A DNA stretch of 61,499 nucleotides, taken from positions 1 through 61,499 of the forward strand of contig JBEEJY010000008.1 of NCBI GenBank assembly GCA_041168925.1, read 5' to 3'. The notes beneath the pieces were generated by a model that did no database searches, was not told where the DNA came from, and worked only from the letters and a program-made list of their open reading frames with translations. Within the stretch, counting starts at the first letter, position 1. Every line of letters begins with the position of its first letter. Positions 8,195-16,880 of this stretch are shown piece after piece. The DNA is from Candidatus Parcubacteria bacterium. Lineage in GTDB: Bacteria > Patescibacteriota > Minisyncoccia > Phycocordibacterales > UBA2100. Both the position numbers and the translations under genes were made by a program.

Positions 8195-8751
8195 AGCTCG
8201 CCCTTGCGCATCGCAACAGCGCGCAGCCGCTCACGGGCGCGCGCGAGCCGCACGCCGACCGTCGAGACCGGTATCGCCAAAATGTCAGAAATTTCCCTGT
8301 AGTCCATACTTTCAAAGTAATACAAGATAAGCGGCTCGCGATATTTCGAATCGAGCTCGTCGAGGTGCGCTTCGAGGATTGATCGTAAATCCCGATCGAG
8401 AGTCGCGCTATCGGTCTCTTCCGGCGCGGGAAGATGCGGAAAGAGCGTGTCGGCATCGAAACCGAAAGAGATACGCGCGCTCGCGCGCTTCTTGAGCGCG
8501 TTGACGAATTCGTTGTGCGCGATCCTGTATATCCATGGAGAAAACCGGCGCGCGGCATCGAAACTTTGGATATTCTCGAACGCCTTGATGAAGATATCTT
8601 GGACGATGTCGGCCGCGTCTTCGGGATCACGCAAAAATTTGCGCGCATAGCGCATCAGTTTCGCCTGATAGCGCTCTATGAGTTCTCCGAAGCGCTCGAT
8701 ATCGCCCGATTGCACGCTCCCCGCGATCTGCTCATCACTCTCTTCGCTCAT
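8191..8751 (-). CDS. RNA polymerase ECF-type sigma-70 factor
   Basis: Region 2: [14 protein letters not shown]...[17 protein letters not shown]. Region 4 HTH: [26 protein letters not shown]. Confidence 0.9.
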   Translation of the reverse strand: MSEESDEQIAGSVQSGDIERFGELIERYQAKLMRYARKFLRDPEDAADIVQDIFIKAFENIQSFDAARRFSPWIYRIAHNEFVNALKKRASARISFGFDADTLFPHLPAPEETDSATLDRDLRSILEAHLDELDSKYREPLILYYFESMDYREISDILAIPVSTVGVRLARARERLRAVAMRKGEL

Positions 8752-9155
8752 ATGAGTTTAGAAGTCTTGTAGAGCTCCGGCTTATGCGGTTTAAGTCGCA
8801 CAATCCGTACTGTTGCGCCCGCCGCTTTCAGATCTTTTTCAAGATTCGAAACGTACTCTCCCTCCTGGTCGTACCCGAGAGCGATGACGTCTGGCCGCGC
8901 TTCGAGTATATGCTCGAGGTATCCGTCTTCTTGGCCAAGTACTACCTCGTCGACGAGCACGTTGCGCCCCACGAGCGCTTCACGCTCCGCTTCGGAGCGC
9001 CGCGGCCACGCGCCTTTGATGCGCTTCACGACAGGATCGCGCGCGAGGGAGACGATGAGATACGGATCGTCCGCGAGAGCGCGCGCTTGCCTGAAAAGAT
9101 CGAGGTGTCCTTCATGCACCATGTCGAAAGTGCCGAAGACCATGATGCGCGTCAT
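8748..9155 (-). CDS. Cytidylyltransferase-fold nucleotidyltransferase, RibL-like (candidate FMN adenylyltransferase)
   Basis: [21 protein letters not shown] (HxGH motif), ...[15 protein letters not shown]...[10 protein letters not shown]. The pattern recalls archaeal RibL and TagD. It sits in an operon with riboflavin kinase. Confidence 0.6.
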   Translation of the reverse strand: MTRIMVFGTFDMVHEGHLDLFRQARALADDPYLIVSLARDPVVKRIKGAWPRRSEAEREALVGRNVLVDEVVLGQEDGYLEHILEARPDVIALGYDQEGEYVSNLEKDLKAAGATVRIVRLKPHKPELYKTSKLI

Positions 9156-9192
9156 CGCCCCAGCGTACAACGCGCGCGAAACTCGGTACAGT

Positions 9193-10146
9193 TCACCCTG
9201 TTTCGCCCTCCGACTCTTGGTTGACGCGGGAGAGCATGAGCATGGCGAGAAGGAGGAGAAGAGTGCCGAGCCACTGTCCGGCAAAAAGCCCGAAGTACGG
9301 GCCTACGCCCTGCGCGTCGGGGATGAAGTGCGCATTGATAAACACCGCGGCGAGCGGAAAGCCGAGCTCGGCGATCGTCGCGATCGATGCGCGCGTGTAC
9401 TGCAATCCGTAGTAGTAGAGAAAGAGCGAAAAGACGCCCGAGGTGATCGCGACGATAAAAAGGAAAAGCCAGTCGAGTTCGGTCATGGTGCCCGGCGCGG
9501 GGAACGAGTGCTGCAGCGCGCTCAATACGCCGAGAAATACAAGGCCGACGACAAAACGCAGCGACGTAAGCGTCTGGAAGGCTGCTGTTTTAAGCACGTA
9601 CTTGCCAAACACCGTCGAAGCGCCCCATAGAGAAGCGGCGCCGAGCGCGAGCGCGGCACCGATGAGATTGGGATTGAATACCTCTCCCGCATATAGCTGC
9701 GGTTTGAGATCCGGAAAACTCACGAGGTAGGCGCCAAAGAGCGCGAGCGCGCTCCAGAGCCAAAAATTCTTATGCATCCGCTCGCCTAAGAGCCACCACG
9801 CGAGCGCAATCGCGATAAGCGGCTGGATTTTTTGAAGCACGATCGATACCGAGGGGTTGACGTAGTGAAAAGATTGCGTGAAGGCCACCGCGGCGAGCGC
9901 GGAACCTCCGATGCCGATGAAGAGAGAGCACAGCCACTCGCGCGCAGAGAGCGCCTTCAGTTCTTTCCAGTTGAGCAGAAGAACCGGGATCGCGACGACG
10001 CAGGATATCGCATGCTCGATGAATACGATGAAATTCGAGGCAAGCTCTTTCGTGAGGTGAATGCGAAATGGCGCATCGGTTGCCCAGAGCGCCGCCGCCA
10101 GGAACACGAGGGTCGGGCCGTACAGGGTGATCGATCGAGTTTTCAT
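9193..10146 (-). CDS. EamA/DMT-family transporter (10 TM)
   Basis: Two EamA-like halves, about 10 hydrophobic helices, 317 aa. Confidence 0.75.
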   Translation of the reverse strand: MKTRSITLYGPTLVFLAAALWATDAPFRIHLTKELASNFIVFIEHAISCVVAIPVLLLNWKELKALSAREWLCSLFIGIGGSALAAVAFTQSFHYVNPSVSIVLQKIQPLIAIALAWWLLGERMHKNFWLWSALALFGAYLVSFPDLKPQLYAGEVFNPNLIGAALALGAASLWGASTVFGKYVLKTAAFQTLTSLRFVVGLVFLGVLSALQHSFPAPGTMTELDWLFLFIVAITSGVFSLFLYYYGLQYTRASIATIAELGFPLAAVFINAHFIPDAQGVGPYFGLFAGQWLGTLLLLLAMLMLSRVNQESEGETG

Positions 10147-10157
10147 GAACGCGCATT

Positions 10158-10502
10158 TTATCGCGCTTTTTCAAAATACGCTCGCACGGCGGCAATGTCC
10201 GCCGCGATCTGCCTTCGAAGAGCCGCGTCATCCGAGAACCGTTTGCTCTCGCGCTGTTTTTCAAGGAGCTCAATGGCAACGTTCCAGCCATAGAGATCCT
10301 CATCGAAGTCGAGTATGTGCGCCTCGAGGATTTCGCGCTTCGGGTCGGCATACGCCGCCGCAGGGTATTTCTCATCCCCGACTTTCACCAATGCGGCATA
10401 AATACCCGAAACGGCGGAGTCTTTAAGGACAATGTTGATCGTCGGATACCCGAGCTCCTTGCCGCGTCCGGCTCCTTTCTTTACGACGCCTGAAAATCGC
10501 AT
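10158..10502 (-). CDS. Riboflavin kinase (stand-alone RibF C-terminal domain type)
   Basis: MRFSGVVKKGAGRGKELGYPTINI...GIYAALV...EAHILDFDEDLYGWNVAIELLEKQRESKRFS. The ORF-track N-terminal extension is antisense to tRNA-Ser. Confidence 0.8.
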   Translation of the reverse strand: MRFSGVVKKGAGRGKELGYPTINIVLKDSAVSGIYAALVKVGDEKYPAAAYADPKREILEAHILDFDEDLYGWNVAIELLEKQRESKRFSDDAALRRQIAADIAAVRAYFEKAR

Positions 10503-10504
10503 AA

Positions 10505-10589
10505 CGGAGGGGGTGAGATTCGAACTCACGGTGCCTTGCGACACTCCTGTTTTCAAGACAGGTGCGATAGACCGCTCTGCCACCCCTCC
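10505..10589 (-). tRNA. tRNA-Ser (anticodon TGA), long variable arm, no encoded CCA
   Basis: The reverse complement reads GGAGGGG-TG-GCAGAGCGGTCTATCGC-A-CCTGT-CTTGAAA-ACAGG-extra arm-GTGAG-TTCGAAT-CTCAC-CCCCTCC-G. Confidence 0.85.
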
Positions 10590-10630
10590 AGAGAGTGTTG
10601 TAGCATGAAAAAGCTGTACACACCCCCATC

Positions 10631-10658
10631 TTGAGAGCTCCGCGGGAGGGTCTACAAT
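10631..10658 (+). promoter_or_regulatory. Sigma-70-like promoter of the pilin gene (TTGAGA-N16-TACAAT), start codon 8 nt after the -10 box
   Basis: -35 at 10631-10636, -10 at 10653-10658, ATG at 10667. No SD-like purine run lies between them. Confidence 0.55.
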
Positions 10659-10666
10659 ATTTCCAT

Positions 10667-11092
10667 ATGAAAAAACAGGGCTTCGGCCGTGTATCTAGGG
10701 GTTTCACCCTTATCGAATTACTAGTAGTGATAGCGATTATTGGCATTTTGGCTTCGATAGTCCTGGCGTCCCTCAACAGCGCCCGCGTCAAAGCGCGCGA
10801 CGCGCGACGCCTCGCAGACGTCGACGCCATCAAGAAGGCGCTCGCGCTCTACGACAACGACCACAACCTCTACCCGGTCTCGGCAGCAACGACCACGATC
10901 ACCGGGTCGGATTCCGTCTCGACGGCGCTCACCGGAGGCGGGTACATCTCGACGGTGCCGGTTGATCCGCAGGCGGGTACCAACGACTATAGCTACAGAA
11001 GCGCGAACGGTACTACCTACACGATCGGCTACTGCATGGAACAGGCCAACAACGGCCATGCGCAAGGCTGCGGTAACTATATTTCTCCGTAA
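10667..11092 (+). CDS. Type IV pilin (prepilin with N-terminal methylation/cleavage motif)
   Basis: MKKQGFGRVSRG-FTLIELLVVIAIIGILASIVLASL is the class III signal peptide with a conserved Glu5. Confidence 0.88.
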   Translation: MKKQGFGRVSRGFTLIELLVVIAIIGILASIVLASLNSARVKARDARRLADVDAIKKALALYDNDHNLYPVSAATTTITGSDSVSTALTGGGYISTVPVDPQAGTNDYSYRSANGTTYTIGYCMEQANNGHAQGCGNYISP

Positions 11093-11113
11093 CTTGGAGC
11101 GGTTTGCCAGAGG

Positions 11114-11146
11114 AAAGCCGCCGGCCAGAAGGCCGGCGGCTTTTTT
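11114..11146 (+). terminator. Rho-independent terminator after the pilin gene
   Basis: AAA-GCCGCCGGCC-agaa-GGCCGGCGGC-TTTTTT. Confidence 0.85.
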
Positions 11147-11166
11147 GAGTGCTACAATAAAATGCC

Positions 11167-11637
11167 ATGCCTCCCCCACGGACTACTTTGCGATGGAGCG
11201 CCTTCGAGCACGAACACATCCCGCGCGGGAGCGACTGGTTCTGGGCGCTCGGAATCATCGCGTGCTCTGCGGCGATCATCGCGATCCTTTTCCACGACTA
11301 TCTCTTCGCGATTCTCGTCGTACTTGCGGCGGCGATCTTCGGCATGCTCGCCAACGTACCGCCCGATATAGTCAATTTCGAGATCTCCGACCGCGGGATC
11401 CGCACGGGAGACACCATGCATCGTTTCGAAGAAATCATCGCATTTTGGGTGGAAGAACACGACATCGAGCGGCCGCTCCTCCTCGTCGACACCGTCAAAT
11501 TCATGGCGCCGAATCTCATCATTCCGATCGAGAATATCGACCCGCATCTCGTGCGTGCCTTCCTGCAAAAACACGTAGACGAAGTGCCGATGACAGAGCC
11601 CTTCGCGCACAAGGTGCTGGAATTTTTCGGGCTCTAA
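11167..11637 (+). CDS. Conserved hypothetical membrane protein (2 TM helices plus a soluble C-terminal domain)
   Basis: WFWALGIIACSAAIIAILFHDYLFAILVVLAAAIFGML. TACAAT lies 8 nt upstream of the ATG. Confidence 0.6.
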   Translation: MPPPRTTLRWSAFEHEHIPRGSDWFWALGIIACSAAIIAILFHDYLFAILVVLAAAIFGMLANVPPDIVNFEISDRGIRTGDTMHRFEEIIAFWVEEHDIERPLLLVDTVKFMAPNLIIPIENIDPHLVRAFLQKHVDEVPMTEPFAHKVLEFFGL

Positions 11638-11642
11638 ATCCT

Positions 11643-14066
11643 CTATCTCGCGGCCGCGACGCTCACGGTCGCATCCCTCGTACCGCCCGCAAGGGTCTCG
11701 CAACGGAGTGTGAAATCGCTGTTCTTCTTGATTGGCGATGTTTTTGCCGTTCCGTTCGGACTCGTATTCGAAGCGTTTCGGTCGGTGAAGTCTTGTTGAT
11801 CTGGACTTGAGATGACGCAGGATTTCATCCCCGTCGTGATCCAGCCGATGAGCGATTCGCTCCCCTGATTCACGGTTTTCGGGTTCGCGACGAGAATGAT
11901 CGAAGGTATCCCGATTTGTATGGAACATTGCGCGCCGGCGGTTTGGCCGTTGTTGTCGCATGTGAGATTGTAGGTGGCCGTATTGGAGCCTTGCGGCGGA
12001 CGCTGGATCGTCGCGGATGCCGAGCCCGACGAGCTGCCGCCCGTATCGAATCCGCCTCCTTTCGCTGTTCCCGACGAACACGAGAACGAGATCGCGATCG
12101 ACATGCCGACATCTGCAACATCGGGCTGGCATGAGATCTCGGCTTTGGGCGCACCGGCGTCTTTGGGCACGCACTGCCAGCCGACAATGCACACGCCGCT
12201 GTAGGTCGCACGCCACGAGCCAGAGGTGCAATTCGCCGCAGGAGGTTGTTGCGGTTGCGCCTGGCACTGCTGCCCCGTGGACGGGGTGCATCCTTGCGGC
12301 TGCATCGGCATCTGCATCGGCGGGGGAGGAGTCTGGCCGTAGTACTGCGCGTTGTACTGATTGAGCTGCTGCTGATAGTTGTACTGCTGGAGCTGGTAGT
12401 TGTATTGCTGCAGCTGCTGCTGGTACTGCTGTTGCTGCTCAGCGTACACATTCGAATCGGTCGAGCACTGCTGCGAAGGCGGCGTTTGCGGGCGCGGCTG
12501 CTGCTGTTGGCCGAGCGCTTTTCCGAGCGCCTTCATCATCTCCCCAAACGGATTTTGTCCCTGACCTTGCGCCTTGTTTTGCCCCGGATATTGGCCTCCC
12601 GGATTCGTGTTGCTCGGATAGCACTGCGGCGGCGAGCCAATCGTACCGGCCGGACACTGCCTGCGTGGGTCGGGTTTGCAAGAGCACGTCGCGCTGTCGA
12701 TAACTTGTCCGTCGCCGCACCAGATGCCGCAGGCATCCGATTTGCATTCTCCGTTCACGAGTCGCATTCCCGCCGGACATCTGGTGGGATTGCCTACGCA
12801 CAAGCATGTCACCTGTGAATCGTATATCTGCCCGGTATCCCTGCAGGGATCCACGATGGCGAGCGGGCAATTCGCCCTTCGGACGCACCCGCTCTGGCCA
12901 TAGGAATCGTTCGGCCCGCATTCCGGCTTGCAGCCTCCGACAACCGGGAGAGAGCCGTCGGGACAATACCCGCAGCGACCGCTCGAAGGGTCCATCGATC
13001 CAAACTGGCATGGTCCCTGATACGCTTCCGGACACTTCCCGGTGTTTGGATCAACCTCTGTGCCGCTTGGGCACGGACCTTGGTACGGACCTTGCACGCC
13101 CGCATTCTTCCGGCACGCCTCCTGGTCTGCGCCCGGCTGATCGCACGGGATGCCGGACGGATCGGTGTTTGATGTAAGCGAAACCTGACTCTCTTTAAGC
13201 TTGTCCATCTGTTCCTGCAACTTTTTGTTATCATCCTCGAGCTGCTTTTGTTGGTCGACCAGATTTTGACGATACGCCGATCCGCATGTCTCAATATCGG
13301 CGTCGCACTTATCGATGTACTTTTGTATGCCGTCGATTGTCGCGTTATTTTCGTCGATTTGACCTTGCTTGTAAACAACCTCTTGCTCATATGCGCTCAA
13401 AATCCGTTGTTGATCCGAATCATTCATTGCGCCGAAAATATTCTTGTATCCCGCTGGGTTCGTTTCCCTCATGAACTGCATCAGGCCCGCGGTGCTCGGA
13501 TTTTTTTTCAGCTCGTCATAGGTACTTTTTTCATCCTTCGCGTCGGCGTCGAAATCCTTCACGACCTGGCATTTCTCTTTGCCGTTTTGGATAGCGCACG
13601 CGAGCACGCGGCACGAATCCATTTTTTCCATCTGTCGGCATTCGGCCGGCGAATTCGGCACCCCCACCCATCCCCTGGACGGATCTTTTTTGAAGCATTG
13701 GATCGGCTTGTCGGTCAGCTGAATTATTTTCCCGTTGATGATGGCGACTTTGTTGATGTAGCCGGGATCGCATCGTTGCTGTATTCCCTCCTTCGGAATA
13801 TCGTCTTTTGATTTTACTTCTATTGGGTTGCCGGACGCATCGGTGGGGGTGCTAAAACCCCACTTCGTATCGTAACAATACGGTTTAGGCTTGTTGTTGA
13901 AGGGAAAACAATTTACCGCCGCGACTTGCGGGACGGATGAGCGCGCTATGGGCGCGAAGTCGAGTGCGCCAAACTGAATACCGATGGTGACGGCCGCGAG
14001 AATGCCGATGAAGACGAGCGCCGCGAGAATGGACGCGCCGCAGCTGCCCTTTGGGAGGGTTTGCAT
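11643..14066 (-). CDS. Giant surface/secreted protein, paralog 1 (N-terminal TM anchor, Cys-rich module, Q/N/Y-rich linker, C-terminal Ig-like repeats)
   Basis: 807 aa. MQTLPKGSCGASILAALVFIGILAAV anchor. The C-terminal roughly 200 aa align by eye with the C-terminus of 14341-16827. Confidence 0.7.
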   Translation of the reverse strand: MQTLPKGSCGASILAALVFIGILAAVTIGIQFGALDFAPIARSSVPQVAAVNCFPFNNKPKPYCYDTKWGFSTPTDASGNPIEVKSKDDIPKEGIQQRCDPGYINKVAIINGKIIQLTDKPIQCFKKDPSRGWVGVPNSPAECRQMEKMDSCRVLACAIQNGKEKCQVVKDFDADAKDEKSTYDELKKNPSTAGLMQFMRETNPAGYKNIFGAMNDSDQQRILSAYEQEVVYKQGQIDENNATIDGIQKYIDKCDADIETCGSAYRQNLVDQQKQLEDDNKKLQEQMDKLKESQVSLTSNTDPSGIPCDQPGADQEACRKNAGVQGPYQGPCPSGTEVDPNTGKCPEAYQGPCQFGSMDPSSGRCGYCPDGSLPVVGGCKPECGPNDSYGQSGCVRRANCPLAIVDPCRDTGQIYDSQVTCLCVGNPTRCPAGMRLVNGECKSDACGIWCGDGQVIDSATCSCKPDPRRQCPAGTIGSPPQCYPSNTNPGGQYPGQNKAQGQGQNPFGEMMKALGKALGQQQQPRPQTPPSQQCSTDSNVYAEQQQQYQQQLQQYNYQLQQYNYQQQLNQYNAQYYGQTPPPPMQMPMQPQGCTPSTGQQCQAQPQQPPAANCTSGSWRATYSGVCIVGWQCVPKDAGAPKAEISCQPDVADVGMSIAISFSCSSGTAKGGGFDTGGSSSGSASATIQRPPQGSNTATYNLTCDNNGQTAGAQCSIQIGIPSIILVANPKTVNQGSESLIGWITTGMKSCVISSPDQQDFTDRNASNTSPNGTAKTSPIKKNSDFTLRCETLAGGTRDATVSVAAAR

Positions 14067-14121
14067 ACCGCAATCATGCGCCCCAAGGAGAACCGGCGCA
14101 ACGCGAAAATGTGGATACGAT

Positions 14122-14193
14122 TGCTCCCGGCAGGAATCGAACCTACATTACAACCTCCGCAAGGTTGCGTCCTATCCATTGAACGACGGGAGC
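14122..14193 (-). tRNA. tRNA-Arg (anticodon GCG), no encoded CCA
   Basis: The reverse complement reads GCTCCCG-TC-GTTC-AATGGATA-GGAC-G-CAACC-TTGCGGA-GGTTG-TAAT-GTAGG-TTCGATT-CCTGC-CGGGAGC-A. Confidence 0.85.
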
Positions 14194-14340
14194 TGACGAG
14201 GAACAAAATGAGGATACAACATATCCGCATTTTTTCCGAGTGACGCTCCCGCACTTCGCGCGGGAGCCTAAGAGAAACAAGCGGAGAATACTACACTTTC
14301 ACCCTTTTTTCGAGGCTGTGCGCGATGAGGCGGTGCCGAC

Positions 14341-16827
14341 TCAATTGCTCGTCGTGACGGTCGTCGTCGCCTGTCGAATCGAGCCCGCGAATGTCTGACA
14401 CGTGAGCACGAAGCCGGCGTCTCCGGTGACGGGCGAAGTGAGCGCCGTGCCGTTGGCGCTCGTATTCGGCGCGTTGCGCGTCGTGAAATCGCCCTGGTCG
14501 GGACTGGAGACAATGCATGACTGCATGCCGCTCGTGATCCAGCCGATGAGTGATTGCTCGCCGCGCTTCACGCTCTTGGGGTTGGCGACGAGGATGATCG
14601 ACGAGCGGTTGATCTCGACCGAGCAGCGCGCGCTCGAGGTCTGACCTTGATTCGTGCAGGTGAGCGTGTAGGTTGCGGTATTTGCCCCATCGGGCGGATT
14701 CGCGATCGTCGTTGAAGCGGTCCCGGAAGGCTGCGAGGTGACGCTAAAGCCGCTCCCGCTTGCCGTGCCCGCGGCGCATGAGTAGGAAATCGCCAGCGTC
14801 GAACCGACGTCGACGATATCGGGCGCGCAAGAAATCTCCGCCGAAGTCGTCGCGTTTTGATTCGGCACGCACTGCCAGTTCGTAATACAGCTGCCGCTAT
14901 ACGCTGCCCTCCACGTCCCCACAGAACAGCTCGCGGCGTCCGGCTGCGGCGGCTGAGAAGCGCACTGCCGATCATTCGAAGGCGTACAGGGGCTCGGCTG
15001 CGTCGGCATCGGCGGAGCGGGATAATTGGTTCCGTAATAGTAGCTGTTGTACTGGTTCTGCTGGACCTGGTAGTTGTACTGCTGCATCTGGTAATTGTAC
15101 TGATCGAGCTGTTGCTGGTATTGCTGCTGCTGTTGAGCGTATATATTCGGATCTGTCGAGCATGCTTGCGCCGGCTGTTTTTGCGGCTGCTGCGGCTGGT
15201 TCAACATCTTGCCAAGCGCTCCAAGAAGCGACCCGAGTGCGCCAAGCGGATTCCCGCCTCCGCTCGCATTGCCGGTACTATCTCCCGTCGGACCTCCGCC
15301 TGGACCTCCGGGACCGCCCGGCCCATCGGGGCCATTGGGACCGTTTGGCGTATGCGGCCCCCGAGGGTCGGTGGGTGGAAGCGGGACCGTCGGGCTGGGT
15401 TTTTCGGTGGCGGGAATTGGCTTCCCATCGGGGCCAACACATCCCCCCTTGCTGCAATCGACTCCAGGTTGATCCGTGCCGGGGATAATGCCTTCCGACT
15501 GCGGCACTGGTTTCCCATCAGGGCCGATACAGCCGCCCTGGCGGCAAAGCACATCGACTCCTGGCTGATCCGCGCCGGGGATAATTCCGTTCTCCGGGCG
15601 CGGCCGAGGAAGCGGGACAGCTTCTTCCGATGGAGACGTAGGTGCTGCGGCGCCTGGCTGGTCCGCATAGTATGGCCCATTCGGGCCGACTTCTTTGCTG
15701 ACGTTGGTGGTCGTATCTCCGAGCCGGCCGCGTTCGCACGCTTCGCTCTTGCAGGTCGTACCCCACTGTGTCCAATCATCAATCACCGGAAGTTCGGCCG
15801 TTTCTTTCCCCGTGTGCAGTCCCTCCGTTGCCCAGGCTTCGGTTGCGGTAGGGAGACCGTCGACTGCTTCGACCTTCACCTCCGGAATACTCACTTGGGC
15901 TTGCCCTCGGACCGGGGAATCTGGTGCTTGCGAATCGTTTGGATTTTCGTTGTATGTCACGAATGTCGTGTTCGAGGGCGGCTGTCCCGTCTGCGGAGTC
16001 TCAGGATTTTCGTTGGTGCCGGGCAGATTGACGGTCGCTCTCGGAGCTTGCGGCAATCCGCCTGTGCCGTCGACCTCCCCGGTCGGTAAAGTTGCTTGTA
16101 CGGATGCTGATCCATCCGGATTGGCGCTACTACTCTGGGGCGCATTCGCATAGGCGCCTATGCCGCGCTCTGCGGATCCAGAATCGACAAACCCGGTATT
16201 TGAATTTGAAGAAGACGGCGTCTGTGCGAACCAATCGCCTACTTGCGTATTGGAGCCGCCCGGCGCTTCGCCGACCGGAGGAGTCTGCGAAAACTCGATC
16301 GGAAGATAATTGCCTTGCGGATCTATCGGAGGTTTGTATCCCGGCAAACCGCCATGCGTGAAAATGTCCTTTATATTTTTATCTATATCGCCGGTCGTCG
16401 TAAATTCCTTACCCGTAATGGGATCAATGCCCGAGCTCTCGCACGTGCCTGCTTTCAGTTTGTCGTTTGCTTTCGACCCGGATATTTTGAGCCCTTTGTT
16501 TGAACCAACCGAGAGCTTGTTGCTGACGCCGACCATGACGGGGTTCCCGTTCGCGTCTTTTTTGGTCGAACTCTGCATGCTGCATACGCCTTTTTGAGCA
16601 CCCTGCGGCGATGCCTCGGTCCCGGCAGTCCCTGCGGCAGTGTCGCCGGTGGAGGTTTGCGAAGAAGCGCTCGCGCTCGCTTCTGCTCCTGCCGCGGTTT
16701 GCCCGCGCATGTCATAGGCGTATTGCAAAGCGCGCGAGCGATCGAGCGCGATCGCGCCACTCACGATCACGAATACCAAAATGAGCGCGGCAAGTATAGA
16801 GGCGCCCCTCTGTCGGGAGGAGTACAT
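14341..16827 (-). CDS. Giant surface/secreted protein, paralog 2 (TM anchor, G/P-rich and tandem-repeat region, Q/N/Y-rich linker, C-terminal Ig-like repeats)
   Basis: Start chosen at ATG 16825-16827 (MYSSRQRGASILAALILVFVIV) because CATGATTG-N-ATG upstream matches paralog 1. The ORF track starts 18 nt earlier. Confidence 0.7.
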   Translation of the reverse strand: MYSSRQRGASILAALILVFVIVSGAIALDRSRALQYAYDMRGQTAAGAEASASASSQTSTGDTAAGTAGTEASPQGAQKGVCSMQSSTKKDANGNPVMVGVSNKLSVGSNKGLKISGSKANDKLKAGTCESSGIDPITGKEFTTTGDIDKNIKDIFTHGGLPGYKPPIDPQGNYLPIEFSQTPPVGEAPGGSNTQVGDWFAQTPSSSNSNTGFVDSGSAERGIGAYANAPQSSSANPDGSASVQATLPTGEVDGTGGLPQAPRATVNLPGTNENPETPQTGQPPSNTTFVTYNENPNDSQAPDSPVRGQAQVSIPEVKVEAVDGLPTATEAWATEGLHTGKETAELPVIDDWTQWGTTCKSEACERGRLGDTTTNVSKEVGPNGPYYADQPGAAAPTSPSEEAVPLPRPRPENGIIPGADQPGVDVLCRQGGCIGPDGKPVPQSEGIIPGTDQPGVDCSKGGCVGPDGKPIPATEKPSPTVPLPPTDPRGPHTPNGPNGPDGPGGPGGPGGGPTGDSTGNASGGGNPLGALGSLLGALGKMLNQPQQPQKQPAQACSTDPNIYAQQQQQYQQQLDQYNYQMQQYNYQVQQNQYNSYYYGTNYPAPPMPTQPSPCTPSNDRQCASQPPQPDAASCSVGTWRAAYSGSCITNWQCVPNQNATTSAEISCAPDIVDVGSTLAISYSCAAGTASGSGFSVTSQPSGTASTTIANPPDGANTATYTLTCTNQGQTSSARCSVEINRSSIILVANPKSVKRGEQSLIGWITSGMQSCIVSSPDQGDFTTRNAPNTSANGTALTSPVTGDAGFVLTCQTFAGSIRQATTTVTTSN

Positions 16828-16880
16828 GCGACAATCATGCGTCATATGGACGCTTTCGCAATGCCTCCGGAGTGGAGAAA

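Noticed and set aside
11152-16089. Antisense ORFs inside the giant surface-protein genes (11152..12291, 11870..12451, 12246..12818, 14857..16089, and others)
   Set aside because: They mirror low-complexity coding repeats, for example poly-Leu/Val opposite the poly-Gln tract. They have no motifs and overlap the sense ORFs completely.
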